In this document: positions 10,243-19,792 of the stretch, in pieces
How positions within the stretch are numbered: the first letter of the stretch is position 1
Layout of the letters: every line of letters begins with the position of its first letter
NCBI GenBank assembly: GCA_018261935.1
Contig: JAGTRP010000014.1
Span: 27,855-91,854 of the forward strand
Source of the DNA: Rhodocyclaceae bacterium
Lineage (GTDB): Bacteria > Pseudomonadota > Gammaproteobacteria > Burkholderiales > Rhodocyclaceae
Reading direction: 5' to 3'
DNA length: 64,000 nucleotides
Made by a program: the position numbers and the translations under genes
Notes under the pieces: generated by a model
What the model saw: only the letters and a program-made list of their open reading frames with translations
What the model was told of the DNA's origin: nothing
The model's database searches: none

Positions 10243-10874
10243 GGCTTCGTGGCCTCGCTGCCCGCCAGATTCCCGTGCAGGACGAACTCGATATAGGCCG
10301 GTGCCGCGACCTTGGCCGCTGCCCCGCCGGCGGCACCGTCCTTCATGTCCAGGGCGCTGAAGCGGCGCCCCTGGAAAGCTCCTTCGCCATTGAGGCGCCG
10401 GATGTACTGGGGCAGCAGGGCCGCCTGGGTGAGACGGCCGCGGATTTCGGCATCCTGGCCCGATAGCGAGAAACCCGTAAGCCAGACGCCATCCATCGCC
10501 TGGCGGGCGAACCCGCGCATGACCGCCCCATGGCCGCCGCCGGGGGCGAGCTTGCCGGCTTCGACCACCGCGAATGCCGTGTCCCGCTGCTGCAGCAGTT
10601 CCCCCAGGCGGTCGATCTCCGCCTGCAGAGCCGGGTTGGGCTTGCGTCCCGCCAGCGCCTGGCCGAGGGTCTGGACCTGTTGCTGCAGGACCTTCAAATC
10701 CGTTTCGGAGCGGGCCTGGATGGCCGTCAGGGATTGCACCTGATAACTGGCCCAGGCCGCCAGGCCGATCATCAGGACCGCGCCGGCCAAGATAGCGCCG
10801 GCCACGACGGGGAAAGCCAGCCAATCCCGCCTGGGCCGCAGTTCGGGCAGCAGGAGGTTGATCTGCTGGCTCAC
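10239..10874 (-). CDS. MshI C-terminal-half homolog (PilN-like fimbrial assembly protein)
   Basis: GTG at 10874 (VSQQINLLLPELRPRRDW, a PilN-type N-terminus) overlaps the upstream stop (GTGA). A single TM segment follows. Confidence 0.55.
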   Translation of the reverse strand: MSQQINLLLPELRPRRDWLAFPVVAGAILAGAVLMIGLAAWASYQVQSLTAIQARSETDLKVLQQQVQTLGQALAGRKPNPALQAEIDRLGELLQQRDTAFAVVEAGKLAPGGGHGAVMRGFARQAMDGVWLTGFSLSGQDAEIRGRLTQAALLPQYIRRLNGEGAFQGRRFSALDMKDGAAGGAAAKVAAPAYIEFVLHGNLAGSEATKP

Positions 10875-11809
10875 GCCCCCTCCTCCCGCAGAGCGGCTCC
10901 GATGGAGCGAAGGCACTGGGCCTGCCGGTCGGGATTCCGCAGCTCCGGCAGCGCCGGAAAATCCGCCACCGAGGAAAGATCCATGGCCTGCACCGGCACA
11001 TAGAGGTTTTCCGTCAATGCCGCCAGGAGGCCCTCGACGGGATGCTCACAGGCCACCACCAGGCGCACCACGGAAATGAAGTTGAACTGCCGGTCGAAGG
11101 TATCCAGGGTGCGCTGCAGCTCCAGCACCAGGCGCTCGACCAGCATCTGGCGCCGCTCCGGATCCGCCTCGGCCATGGCCTTGGCGGACACGTCGATGCG
11201 CCGGGCCGCGTAGAGTTCGCCGCCGTAGGTGATGGTGAGCAGCCCGTCCCCATTCACCAGCCCGAGAAAGGCCAGGCCCCGATTGGGCTCCTCGAAGAGG
11301 GCGGCGACGTTGCGCTGGGCCAGCTCCGGCACGTCGATGGCTTCCAGGGGCACCTTGGCGCCATCGAACAGGCGCATGCGCTCCCCCACCGTGCGGGCGG
11401 GCGCAATCACGGCGAAGGCCGTGGGCTGGCGGCCGACACTGCCCTCCTTGAGGGGGATGTCGAGGAGGCCGATGGCGGCATTCTCCACCGGGAAGTCCAC
11501 CATGTCCTTCAGGCGCCAGCGGGCCGCCTGGACTTTTTCTTCGGCCGGGACGGCCGGGGCGTCGATCTGGAGCAGGCGATAGTCGCCTTCGGCAAGCAGG
11601 GTGGTGCAGCGAAAGGCTCTCAGGCCGCGGACAGCCCGCAGCTGTTCCAGGGCATCGGCTTCGCCTTTTTCCAGGGCGAAGGAATCGAGAAGACGGATTT
11701 CCGGGCGTTCGCCGGCAGGGCGAATGACATGAGCAAGATCAATGCGTTCCCCGGAACGCACCACCGCCATCCACCCCTTCGCCTTCTTCCCCCGCAGCAA
11801 CGGCAGCAT
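10871..11809 (-). CDS. mshI: MSHA biogenesis protein MshI (PilM-like, actin-fold N-terminal half)
   Basis: About 312 aa with ATG at 11809 (TTG at 11812 also possible). First gene after an AT-rich 129-bp gap. Placement is by position ahead of the PilN/PilO-like genes. Confidence 0.6.
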   Translation of the reverse strand: MLPLLRGKKAKGWMAVVRSGERIDLAHVIRPAGERPEIRLLDSFALEKGEADALEQLRAVRGLRAFRCTTLLAEGDYRLLQIDAPAVPAEEKVQAARWRLKDMVDFPVENAAIGLLDIPLKEGSVGRQPTAFAVIAPARTVGERMRLFDGAKVPLEAIDVPELAQRNVAALFEEPNRGLAFLGLVNGDGLLTITYGGELYAARRIDVSAKAMAEADPERRQMLVERLVLELQRTLDTFDRQFNFISVVRLVVACEHPVEGLLAALTENLYVPVQAMDLSSVADFPALPELRNPDRQAQCLRSIGAALREEGA

Positions 11810-11836
11810 CAATTCACCAACTGAAGTTTAAAGCGA

Positions 11837-11865
11837 AGGATATCCCGTAAGCTATTAAATTTCAA
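11837..11865 (-). promoter_or_regulatory. putative sigma70 promoter for mshI-N operon
   Basis: On the minus strand: TTGAAA (11865-11860), 17-nt spacer, TATCCT (11842-11837). About 28 nt upstream of the mshI ATG, in an AT-rich intergenic gap. Confidence 0.35.
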
Positions 11866-11941
11866 CGAGTTTTCCACTCACCATCTTTCACAGCCCCTGG
11901 GTGGGATTTCCGGGGATGGCGTGCCGGCGGGCATCGTTTCA

Positions 11942-14653
11942 TCAATACACTTCGCGGCGGAATATGACCGCACTGTTCCTGACCTTGCCGAAGGTGGCCT
12001 TGGCCGTCGGATTGCCGGCGGTCGCACTGGTCCACGGGTATCGCAGCCAGGCCGGCACGTTGGCGGTCACGTCCATGGTGCCGGAGTTGCCCAATCCCGG
12101 GGCCTGGAAATTGAGATTGAAGTTGCCGGCGAATGCGGCGGCACCACCTTCGAGGAACTGTTTCGACGCCGGCCCCGGCGTCCCGCAGCCGATACTGCTC
12201 AGGCCGGGCGATCCGCTGTCGTAGGCGCACATGGCCGTGAACGCTGCGGCGGGCAGCGTCGCGTTGGTTTTCGACACGGATACGGCATTGTCCGGCGGAA
12301 ACGGCAACGCGGCGTTGCCGGTGCAGGTGTCGTCCGCATTGAGTGTCCAGCCGCCCGTGGCGTCCCGCCAAAATTCGACCCGCATGGTCATCGGCAGGTC
12401 CAGCAGTTCCGAGCCGGAGGCGCTCATGAGGCGGACCCGTCCGGAGCGGATCGTGGCGCTGCCTTCATCGGCCGGCACAGAGGCAACCGAATCGCCGCCC
12501 GTCGTTTCACTGGCCGGCAGACGCGTGGTCTGCGGCGACCGCCAGTAGGTACCCATGTCCAGGGTTTCGGTCGGGGACGCGATGCCGGCGGAAAAGCTGC
12601 TGGCCGGGACAGCGGTCGGCGCCAGATCCCCGGCGGCGGAATTCGACGGCGACAAGGTGACGGCTTTGGCAAAACCCAGGGCGCCATCATAGTTCTTCGT
12701 CACTGCACCGCCGGCATTGACGGCCTGGATGTCCACCTTGAAGGGCTGGCGGGAATAGGTGAAGCTGCCGGCGGGACAGCCCTGGGTGACGGAAGTGATG
12801 AACCGGTCGGGCTTGAAACGCCCGACGATGCCGTTCTGCGACTGGGCTGCGGTCGAATAGATCAGGACGCGGCTTGAGAGATCCGCCACGCCGAGATAGT
12901 TCGGGGCCGGCACGGCACCCAGGGTAAAGCTGCCAACCTCCGAATAGGAAAGGTTGGTCACGGTGGCGGATCCTCCCGTAACTGCCACCGCACCGTTCGC
13001 CAGGCTGCCGAGGGTGCCGCCGGGCGGCGTCGCTGCCGTGGCCGGCGTAATCGGCGTGGTGGCCGACAAGGTGACAGTCTGGGCATAACTCGGCACCAAC
13101 CCACCGCCTGTCGCGTTGGTGAAGGTTGCACCGCCGTCCGGCACGCCATCGCTCGCGCTCGTGTCGGCGGCGCTGTTCCACCGGTAGGCCGCCACCGTGG
13201 CCTGGAATTCCGATCCCGCCTTGGCGAAGACGGTGCCGTCCGCCGCCGATGCTCCCCCATTCGCGCTTCCTCCCTGCTGGATGCCGGAGACTACGATGGC
13301 GAAGGGCACCGTCGTGAGGAGATTGCTGGCGACGGGGAGCTTGGCCGATCCGGGCAGCGTGTCGGCGGCGACGTTGACCTGGTACTGGCCGACATCGGTG
13401 GTGCAGAGATAGAAGAACGCCTGGCCGCTGGCGAAGGCCAGGGTGATATTCGTAGTGCTCGGCGCCGTGGCGGGCAGCTGGAACGCTCCCAGACAGGAAT
13501 TTGAAGTCGCTACCGTCGGCGCCGCAGCACCGGTGGGATGGGACGATCCGGTCGTCATCCATAGCTTGGCGGCCGCGCTCGAATTGAATGCCGTGTTGAT
13601 TGAACAGTTGCCCGAGGTGGGATCCTTCCTCCAAATAGCGGCGCCCAGTTTGTGGCCCCGGCCGGCGACGGGCTGATAGGTCGGCGTCAGGGCATCGGCA
13701 TCCGCAACGACCAGCACATTGTCCGAGAAAGCGATGGCCGACGTGGACGTGCCGGTGGCCGTGCCGGCGGTGGCCACCGGCGTGATGCTCTCGGCCGTGG
13801 GATCGATCAGGTAGAGCTGGACGACGCCGTTGTCGACGGGAACGAAGGTGTAGCTGTTTCCGGTCAGCGTGCCGCTGCCGGTCCGGATGGCCAGGGCGCC
13901 GCTGCCGATACCCGAGATGGTCACGGTTCCCGTATAGCCGGTTACGGTGGTGCCGCTGCCGCCCGTTCCGTGCTTGGCGGTGATGGTGATCCACGGCGCA
14001 GCCGGGGAGCCGCCGGCCACGGCGCAGGTGCTGGCGGAGGTGGCCGAGGGGGTGACGGTGAAGCTCCCCACGCCGCCGGTGCCGCCACCACACTGGTAGT
14101 TCGTCGTCTGGTAGGTACAGCTGCCGATGATGATGCCACTGCCGACGGAAAGATTGTCGCCGGCGTTGACGTTGCCGACGATGACGGCATTGTTCCCCAG
14201 GGTCACATCGCTGACTGCGCTGATGCTGCCGGTAATGACGGCACTGTTGCCGGCCTCGAAATTGCCGCCGGCGCTGAAGTTGACCGAACTCGTCAGGCTG
14301 TTGCCGAGATCGATGTCACCGGTGGTGATGATGGTCACGGCATGGAGATTGCCGGCGATGACGGTATTGTTGTCGACCTTGAAGTTGCCTTGAATCTCCA
14401 GAGTCATGTTTTCAGTGAACCCGATCGTATTGTTGCTGCCGAGCTCAACGCTGCCGGTGCAGCGATAGGTTGTCGTTCCCGACACGCGGGAACAACTTGA
14501 AAACGGGCCGGAGCCGATGGCGCCGGGAAGGTTGTAGATCGCGGCCTGGGCGCCCCCGGTCGCCAGGGCCAGTAGCGCGCCCAAGGCCATGGCTGGCACC
14601 AGCCGCCGCAGGTTGGCGGCCATCCGGCTGCCTAGCGAAAGGATCGTTTTCAT
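11942..14653 (-). CDS. mshQ: MshQ-like large pilus-associated protein (putative adhesin)
   Basis: 903 aa with a signal peptide (…ALLALATGGAQA). N-terminal G/N-rich beta-helix-like repeats (GNFKVDNNTVIAGNLHAV…GNSAVITGSISAV…GNNAVIVGNVNAGDNL). Thr/Ser/Gly-rich middle. Last gene after mshP, as in the Vibrio msh order. Confidence 0.5.
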   Translation of the reverse strand: MKTILSLGSRMAANLRRLVPAMALGALLALATGGAQAAIYNLPGAIGSGPFSSCSRVSGTTTYRCTGSVELGSNNTIGFTENMTLEIQGNFKVDNNTVIAGNLHAVTIITTGDIDLGNSLTSSVNFSAGGNFEAGNSAVITGSISAVSDVTLGNNAVIVGNVNAGDNLSVGSGIIIGSCTYQTTNYQCGGGTGGVGSFTVTPSATSASTCAVAGGSPAAPWITITAKHGTGGSGTTVTGYTGTVTISGIGSGALAIRTGSGTLTGNSYTFVPVDNGVVQLYLIDPTAESITPVATAGTATGTSTSAIAFSDNVLVVADADALTPTYQPVAGRGHKLGAAIWRKDPTSGNCSINTAFNSSAAAKLWMTTGSSHPTGAAAPTVATSNSCLGAFQLPATAPSTTNITLAFASGQAFFYLCTTDVGQYQVNVAADTLPGSAKLPVASNLLTTVPFAIVVSGIQQGGSANGGASAADGTVFAKAGSEFQATVAAYRWNSAADTSASDGVPDGGATFTNATGGGLVPSYAQTVTLSATTPITPATAATPPGGTLGSLANGAVAVTGGSATVTNLSYSEVGSFTLGAVPAPNYLGVADLSSRVLIYSTAAQSQNGIVGRFKPDRFITSVTQGCPAGSFTYSRQPFKVDIQAVNAGGAVTKNYDGALGFAKAVTLSPSNSAAGDLAPTAVPASSFSAGIASPTETLDMGTYWRSPQTTRLPASETTGGDSVASVPADEGSATIRSGRVRLMSASGSELLDLPMTMRVEFWRDATGGWTLNADDTCTGNAALPFPPDNAVSVSKTNATLPAAAFTAMCAYDSGSPGLSSIGCGTPGPASKQFLEGGAAAFAGNFNLNFQAPGLGNSGTMDVTANVPAWLRYPWTSATAGNPTAKATFGKVRNSAVIFRREVY

Positions 14654-14674
14654 GGAGGTCTCGGCCGCTGGTTG

Positions 14675-15115
14675 CTATCTCGTCACGATGCCCGTCAGCA
14701 CTCTTTCGACATAGGTCGCCGCCGCCGGGATGCCGGGACACCTCGGCGGGTCGCCGGCCGGCGCGTTGCAGGCGACGGCCGTCACCCGGACGAAGGCCGG
14801 CGATCCCGCCTCGTTCACCGCAATGTCGGAGCAGGTGACGGTCACCGTAAAACCGCTCAGGGTCGGCGCGTCGAGGGCGACTTCGGCACCGGCTGAGGAA
14901 CACGAGGCCGGAGTCCCCTTGCGCACCTGGTAGAAGCCCCATTCCAGGCCGCCCTGGGCCGCCCGGAAGGCCCTGGTCTGCTGAACATCCAGCGCCGTTT
15001 CCTCGTTGGACACCGAGGTCAGCGTCACCAAGGCGGCCCCAAGCACCGCGAACACGACGAGAATGAAGATGGCTGCCGGGATGGCGAACCCGCGTTCAGG
15101 GCGCATTGCTGACAT
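14675..15115 (-). CDS. mshP: MshP-like pilus biogenesis protein
   Basis: 146 aa with N-terminal hydrophobic segment RGFAIPAAIFILVVFAVLGAALV. Position between mshO and mshQ. Confidence 0.5.
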   Translation of the reverse strand: MSAMRPERGFAIPAAIFILVVFAVLGAALVTLTSVSNEETALDVQQTRAFRAAQGGLEWGFYQVRKGTPASCSSAGAEVALDAPTLSGFTVTVTCSDIAVNEAGSPAFVRVTAVACNAPAGDPPRCPGIPAAATYVERVLTGIVTR

Positions 15116-15926
15116 GGGCCTCCCGGTAGAGCTGGATGGTCTCGTCGCTGTTGGTCAGGCCTAGGGTCATGGTCACGATGCCGGTGCGGGCATTGACACC
15201 CGGCGCATAGGAGAAAGCGCAGGCCGACACTTGGCTGGCGACTACAACCGCATTGGCGGGCGCAGCTGTCGGGCATTCGTCGAAAGTGGCGGCCAGGGCG
15301 TTCGGATACTGGAACAGGGTGCCGGCACCCTTGCCGGAAGCCGTTCCGGCGTTCAGGCACAGGTAGACGGACGAATTCGCCGGCAGCGTGAAGAAACGCT
15401 GTGCGGGCGAATCAACTGGAAATTTTTTCGGTGCGGACAACTTGATCAGGCTGGTCCCGGAAAGTGCGGCAATGGCGGCGGTGTTGTCCTGGCGGTAAGC
15501 ATCCGCGTCGGGGATTCCGAGGTTGTAGATCGCCACCAGGTCCCCGGCACTGGCCTTGGCGATGTCTCCGGCCAGCACGTCGAACTGGCTGGTTTCGGTG
15601 GCAAAGTCGATGGGGTTGCCCTTTGTGCCGTCGATCAGCCGGTCGGCCCGGTAGCGGCCGCCGCCGTTGGTCGGCAGCATCTCGATGCAGTGAGTGGCAC
15701 CCTTTGCCGGCATGCGGACGCTGTTCGGCAGGGCGCTGCGGATATCCCGCGTAATGAGCGAAATGGCGCCCTCCGCCGTCGAAGCAAGGTATGCCCTGTT
15801 CTTCGAAGCCACGTAGCTGTCGATCGGCGGCTTCAGGATCATGCCGATCACGGCGGCAATGATCCCCATGATGACCATGGCGACGATCATCTCCACCAGG
15901 GTGAAACCGGCGGCCCGCCTATTCAT
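15096..15926 (-). CDS. mshO: MshO-like minor pilin (prepilin-type N-terminal cleavage/methylation domain)
   Basis: ATG at 15926 gives MNRRAAG|FTLVEMIVAMVIMGIIAAV, a class III signal peptide. Confidence 0.6.
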   Translation of the reverse strand: MNRRAAGFTLVEMIVAMVIMGIIAAVIGMILKPPIDSYVASKNRAYLASTAEGAISLITRDIRSALPNSVRMPAKGATHCIEMLPTNGGGRYRADRLIDGTKGNPIDFATETSQFDVLAGDIAKASAGDLVAIYNLGIPDADAYRQDNTAAIAALSGTSLIKLSAPKKFPVDSPAQRFFTLPANSSVYLCLNAGTASGKGAGTLFQYPNALAATFDECPTAAPANAVVVASQVSACAFSYAPGVNARTGIVTMTLGLTNSDETIQLYREAHVSNAP

Positions 15927-16386
15927 ACGCGAGCCGGTAGCCTTCCAGGACGAGGCTTTCGGCGGTGGGAACATGGGTGACCCTGATCTCGATGCGCCTT
16001 CCATCGGCAGCCGCAACGCCGGAAAGCGCTGCGCCCTGGATATTCACTACCACGGAATATTGGCCCAGTCCGGCAATGGTAGACCCGTCGACGGCGCTGA
16101 TTCCCGCCGTCGAGTAGCCCTGGTAGTTCATCACGCCGTCGAATTGGGAGCGGGCGGTGCCGGAATACCCCGCGACCAGGGAATCCTTGGCCATGATCTC
16201 GTCCATCAGGCTATCGGCCACCAGGACGAGCTGCCGGGCGATCATCGGGTCGGCGCTATGGCGGACGCTGTTCGTGATCGGCAGGAGGATGCCGGCGAGG
16301 CCGACGGAGACGACGACGACGAACACGATCATCTCCACCAGGGTGAAGCCGGAGCTATTGCGCATAGCCGGATCTCGACTGGACAT
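15919..16386 (-). CDS. mshD: MshD-like minor pilin
   Basis: MSSRDPAMRNSSG|FTLVEMIVFVVVVSVGLAGI. An alternative ATG at 16365 gives a 5-aa leader. Confidence 0.55.
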   Translation of the reverse strand: MSSRDPAMRNSSGFTLVEMIVFVVVVSVGLAGILLPITNSVRHSADPMIARQLVLVADSLMDEIMAKDSLVAGYSGTARSQFDGVMNYQGYSTAGISAVDGSTIAGLGQYSVVVNIQGAALSGVAAADGRRIEIRVTHVPTAESLVLEGYRLAYE

Positions 16387-16942
16387 TTACCGCCGGCTGG
16401 TTCGATATGGAGATCGAGACGGCGGGGTTCGGAGTTAATACGGCCCGGGTGGCGACATCCACCGGCCGACCTTGCGGATCGAAGGCGAAGTTGGCTGCTC
16501 CGACAGTCGCCGACTTCGGGCAGGCGATTCCGGGATTGCACTGCGGATAGCCGGTCACCGGCAGGGGAACCGTGCATCCCAGGGCATCGGTAATGCCTTC
16601 AGGAATTCTGGGATCGAGGGACAGCGCAATCCCGGCGCCAGCACCCGTGCCGGCCACGACCTGGACGCAGACGAAGCGGCGGCTGGCTAGGGCCCTTTGA
16701 CGAGCCAGGGAGAGGACCGACAAGGCGCTGTCACGATAGGTCATCTCATCGTAGTCGGCAACGCTGGCAAATCGAGGTATCGCCACAGCAGCCAGTATGC
16801 CGACGATGACCATGACTGTGATCAGTTCGATGAGCGTAAAGCCTTGCGCACAGCGGCTGTCCCCATGACAAGAAAGAAGCCCGGCGCTGCGCCCGGGCTT
16901 CCGTGCCTCGCGATGCCGCGACGGATGGCGATGATCACTCAT
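16355..16942 (-). CDS. mshC: MshC-like minor pilin with unusually long leader
   Basis: Prepilin motif AQG|FTLIELITVMVIVGILAAVAIPRF. The only in-frame start I can find is the ATG at 16942, giving a 34-aa basic leader. Confidence 0.55.
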   Translation of the reverse strand: MSDHRHPSRHREARKPGRSAGLLSCHGDSRCAQGFTLIELITVMVIVGILAAVAIPRFASVADYDEMTYRDSALSVLSLARQRALASRRFVCVQVVAGTGAGAGIALSLDPRIPEGITDALGCTVPLPVTGYPQCNPGIACPKSATVGAANFAFDPQGRPVDVATRAVLTPNPAVSISISNQPAVNVQSRSGYAQ

Positions 16943-16990
16943 CGGTACTGCTGGAGTAACGATTGGGCGAGCTGGCCGCCCAATACGGGA

Positions 16991-17410
16991 TTAGCAGCCG
17001 CTAACAACCTTCGTATAGGTCGGCGGATTGCCAGCACCATACGTTACGCCACAGCTGGCGGGAACGTTACTGCCAGTGTATTGCAGTTGTTCGCTGGAAG
17101 TACCGATTTTGTCGGTATCGAGATCCATGACCTTCTTGAGATTGGCCAAATCCGAGGCAAACCCGTTGGCAACCGTCACACTTGCTCCAGCCACACTGAT
17201 CGTGCCAGTCATGCTGTTACCGGCGACAGCCTTCGCATAGATCATCGAGTTAGCGGAACGCATCGCTCCTTCCGTTGCCTCAATCACTGACTTCCGCGCA
17301 TCCCCGCCCAGATCAACAAATTTCGGCAGTGCCGTGGCGGACAGAATCCCCAGAATCACGATGACGACGATCAGCTCGATGAGCGTAAAACCCTGTTGCT
17401 TCACTTTCAT
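16991..17410 (-). CDS. mshA: MSHA-type major pilin
   Basis: MKVKQQG|[24 protein letters not shown], 139 aa. Strong SD (GGGGGA) 3 nt before the ATG. C-terminal Cys pair (…PASCGV…VVSGC). Visibly lower GC. Confidence 0.75.
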   Translation of the reverse strand: MKVKQQGFTLIELIVVIVILGILSATALPKFVDLGGDARKSVIEATEGAMRSANSMIYAKAVAGNSMTGTISVAGASVTVANGFASDLANLKKVMDLDTDKIGTSSEQLQYTGSNVPASCGVTYGAGNPPTYTKVVSGC

Positions 17411-17445
17411 GGTATCCCCCTATGGAATAAGTAATAGAAATTGTA

Positions 17446-18051
17446 TCAGCAGCCGGAAATGGTCAACCCGCTGATGATTGCCGCGGTACTGGTCAATGCC
17501 GGCTGGGTGTAGGTGAAATAGCAGTTGGCAGCGTCGCTCGCCCCGACCACGCCGAAAGTGGCGACGCCGCTTTTGGCGGCATAGGTATAGCCTTCGGCTT
17601 CCAACTGCGACTGGGTCGGATTATAGATGCCGGTCAGCCCGGCGGCGGAAAGAATGCCGGGGTTGCCGCCAAAGGCCGTCACTTCCGGATAGCCATAGAC
17701 CATGTAGACCAGGCCGCTTTCGGTGCACACTTGGCCGGCGGCGCCGTTGCTGTTGGAGGCCTTGATGCTGCCGCTGCCGCAGTTGTTCGCGTCGGCCACG
17801 CCGCCCCGGGAAAGGGTGGTGGCATGGACCAGGGCCGCCGCCGCCGAAACGCTGCCCCGGGCCGCCTGGAGCTTGGCGATGCGGGCGTCCCGCTGGAGAT
17901 TGATGAAGCGCGGCAAGGCGACGGCGGCGAGGATGCCGAGGATGATCACCACCACGATCAGTTCGATCAGGGTGAATCCTTTTTCCCTTCGCCGGCAATC
18001 GATCCTGGACATGCTTTGTCTTGCTTTCGTCGAACTTGAACTTTTAATCAT
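17446..18051 (-). CDS. mshB: MshB-like pilin
   Basis: Prepilin motif EKG|[24 protein letters not shown] with two Cys pairs; ends TISGC. Start is ambiguous: GTG 18081, ATG 18051 (AGGAAAAGGG upstream) or ATG 18012. Confidence 0.6.
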   Translation of the reverse strand: MIKSSSSTKARQSMSRIDCRRREKGFTLIELIVVVIILGILAAVALPRFINLQRDARIAKLQAARGSVSAAAALVHATTLSRGGVADANNCGSGSIKASNSNGAAGQVCTESGLVYMVYGYPEVTAFGGNPGILSAAGLTGIYNPTQSQLEAEGYTYAAKSGVATFGVVGASDAANCYFTYTQPALTSTAAIISGLTISGC

Positions 18052-18086
18052 ATCCCTTTTCCTGCAATCAGATAGCCTCACATACT

Positions 18087-18530
18087 CTACCGATCACGCA
18101 CATTTTCGAGGCGAACCAGCCCCACGCCGGCCAATACCGCCGGCACATCCCGGGATGCCGACATGAACGCCAGACGGAATCTCGCCTCTCCCCCGTGGCG
18201 GAAACGGTAGGCCAGCACCCCGCTCCGCCGCTCGAAATACCAGATACCGCGCTCCGCCGGCGGGGCGTCCACCTCGCCCACATAACCCGACGGCGCCCGG
18301 CCGGCCCAGACCACCGGGTTGCGGCCTTCCGGCAGCTTGCCGCCGAAAGCCTCCCGGTGCGAGAGGCGATCGAGCAACTCGACCCGCAGCGCACCGGCTT
18401 CGGCCTGGACCATGGCTTCTTCCATGCTCCGCTGGGCACGCTCGAGGGCGCCGAGGAGAAGGATGGACAGCAGGGCGAGGATGATGGCGGCCACCGCCAA
18501 CTCGATCTTCTTCTCCCGGTAACCAGCCAT
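18087..18530 (-). CDS. mshF: MshF-like small membrane-anchored protein
   Basis: 147 aa with one N-terminal TM segment ([21 protein letters not shown]). Assigned only from its position between mshG and mshB. Confidence 0.4.
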   Translation of the reverse strand: MAGYREKKIELAVAAIILALLSILLLGALERAQRSMEEAMVQAEAGALRVELLDRLSHREAFGGKLPEGRNPVVWAGRAPSGYVGEVDAPPAERGIWYFERRSGVLAYRFRHGGEARFRLAFMSASRDVPAVLAGVGLVRLENVRDR

Positions 18531-18553
18531 GATTCTTGCTCATTCGCCCGACA

Positions 18554-19786
18554 TCAGCGCTTGATCGCCACCTTGCCCAGGTCCCACATGGGCAGGAAGA
18601 CGCCCAGGGCGAGGATGAGCACCAGGATGCCCAGCGTCACGATGAGGATGGGCTCGATCTGGGCCCCGAGGGTCTTGAGCTCGTACTCCACCTCCCGCTG
18701 ATACATCTGGCCGACCTCTTCCATCATGTCGTCCAGAGCGCCCGACTCCTCGCCCACCGCCACCATCTGGAGGACGACCGGGGTGAAGAAACCGGCCGAG
18801 ATGGCCGCCCGCAGGACGCTCTCGCCCCGCTCGACGCTGTCCCGCATGCCCTCGATGCGCTTGGCGATGTAGGAGTTGTCCACCGTCTGGGCCGAATTGG
18901 CCAGGGCCTGCATGAGGGGCACGCCGCTGCGGGCCCCGAGGGCGAAGCTGCGGGCGAAGCGGGCCAAAGCCGCCTTGTGGAGGATCTTGCCGGCGATGGG
19001 AATGCGCAGGGCGATAGCCTCCCAGTCGTAGCGCCCCTTCGGCGTCGCCACCCAGCTGCGGAAGCCGAGGATCGAGGCCACCAGGGCCGCCAGCATGGCC
19101 GGCCACCACTCGATCATGAAATTGGAGAAGCCCAGCAGGAGCTTGGTCATCAAGGGCAGGTCGGCGCCGAAGCCCTGGAACACCTTGGCGAAGGCGGGGA
19201 TGACGAAGAGGTTGATGACGACGATGGCGGCTGCCATGGCCAGCACCACGAACAGGGGATAGCGCAGGGCGGATTTCACCTGCTCCCGCATGAAGCGTTC
19301 GAATTCCAGGTGTTCGAACAGTCGCAGGAAGATCTCTTCCAGGAGGCCGGTGGCTTCCCCGACCCGCACCATGGAAATGTAAAAGGGCGAGAAGACCTTG
19401 GGGTGCCGGGCGAGGGAGACGGAAAGCTCGCGGCCGGCTTCCAGGCTGTCCCGCACGTCCTGGATGGTCTGCTTCATGGCCGGGTTGACGGCCGATTCCT
19501 GGAGGCCGGCCAGGGCCCGCATGATGGGCACCCCGGCTTTCAAGAGCGTATGGAGCTGCCGGGAAAAGAGGAGGAGGTCGATATGCCCGACCTTGGGCTT
19601 GAACAGGTTAATGCCGTCGGATTGCCCGGCCCCGGCCGCGACGGCCTTCCTGGTCTCCTTGATCTCGACGGGCATCAGCCCCTGCCCGGCCAGCAGGTCC
19701 GCCACAGCGCCCGCCGAGGCGCCTTCCAGCACCCCTTCCACCAGCTGGCCACCGGCGTTGCGTCCCTTGTAGGCGAAATTGGGCAC
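18554..19786 (-). CDS. mshG: type IV pilus platform protein MshG (GspF/PilC family)
   Basis: 410 aa with the duplicated GspF-type domain architecture (…FSRQLHTLLKAGVPIMRAL… / …FARSFALGARSGVPLMQAL…) and three TM segments. Confidence 0.85.
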   Translation of the reverse strand: MPNFAYKGRNAGGQLVEGVLEGASAGAVADLLAGQGLMPVEIKETRKAVAAGAGQSDGINLFKPKVGHIDLLLFSRQLHTLLKAGVPIMRALAGLQESAVNPAMKQTIQDVRDSLEAGRELSVSLARHPKVFSPFYISMVRVGEATGLLEEIFLRLFEHLEFERFMREQVKSALRYPLFVVLAMAAAIVVINLFVIPAFAKVFQGFGADLPLMTKLLLGFSNFMIEWWPAMLAALVASILGFRSWVATPKGRYDWEAIALRIPIAGKILHKAALARFARSFALGARSGVPLMQALANSAQTVDNSYIAKRIEGMRDSVERGESVLRAAISAGFFTPVVLQMVAVGEESGALDDMMEEVGQMYQREVEYELKTLGAQIEPILIVTLGILVLILALGVFLPMWDLGKVAIKR

Positions 19787-19792
19787 TGCGCC

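Noticed and set aside
9562-11001. 479-aa ORF extending mshJ upstream across the PilN-like gene.
   Set aside because: The extension is Arg/Pro/Gly-rich alternative-frame sequence. The internal ATG at 10242 forms an ATGA overlap with the upstream gene and yields a normal-length MshJ/PilO-like protein.
11866-11941. Possible terminator hairpins just downstream of the mshQ stop (GC-rich segments ccggcgggcat / ccccgg…gggg).
   Set aside because: Only short, imperfect stems without a U-tract. I cannot support a terminator call from sequence alone.
12687-14093. 468-aa Arg/His-rich ORF in a second minus-strand frame inside mshQ. Similar alternative-frame ORFs occur inside dctM (34367-35899) and the pilus genes.
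   Set aside because: These are same-strand frame-shifted ORFs with extreme Arg/Pro/His composition, typical of off-frame translation of GC-rich genes. They have no independent start signals.
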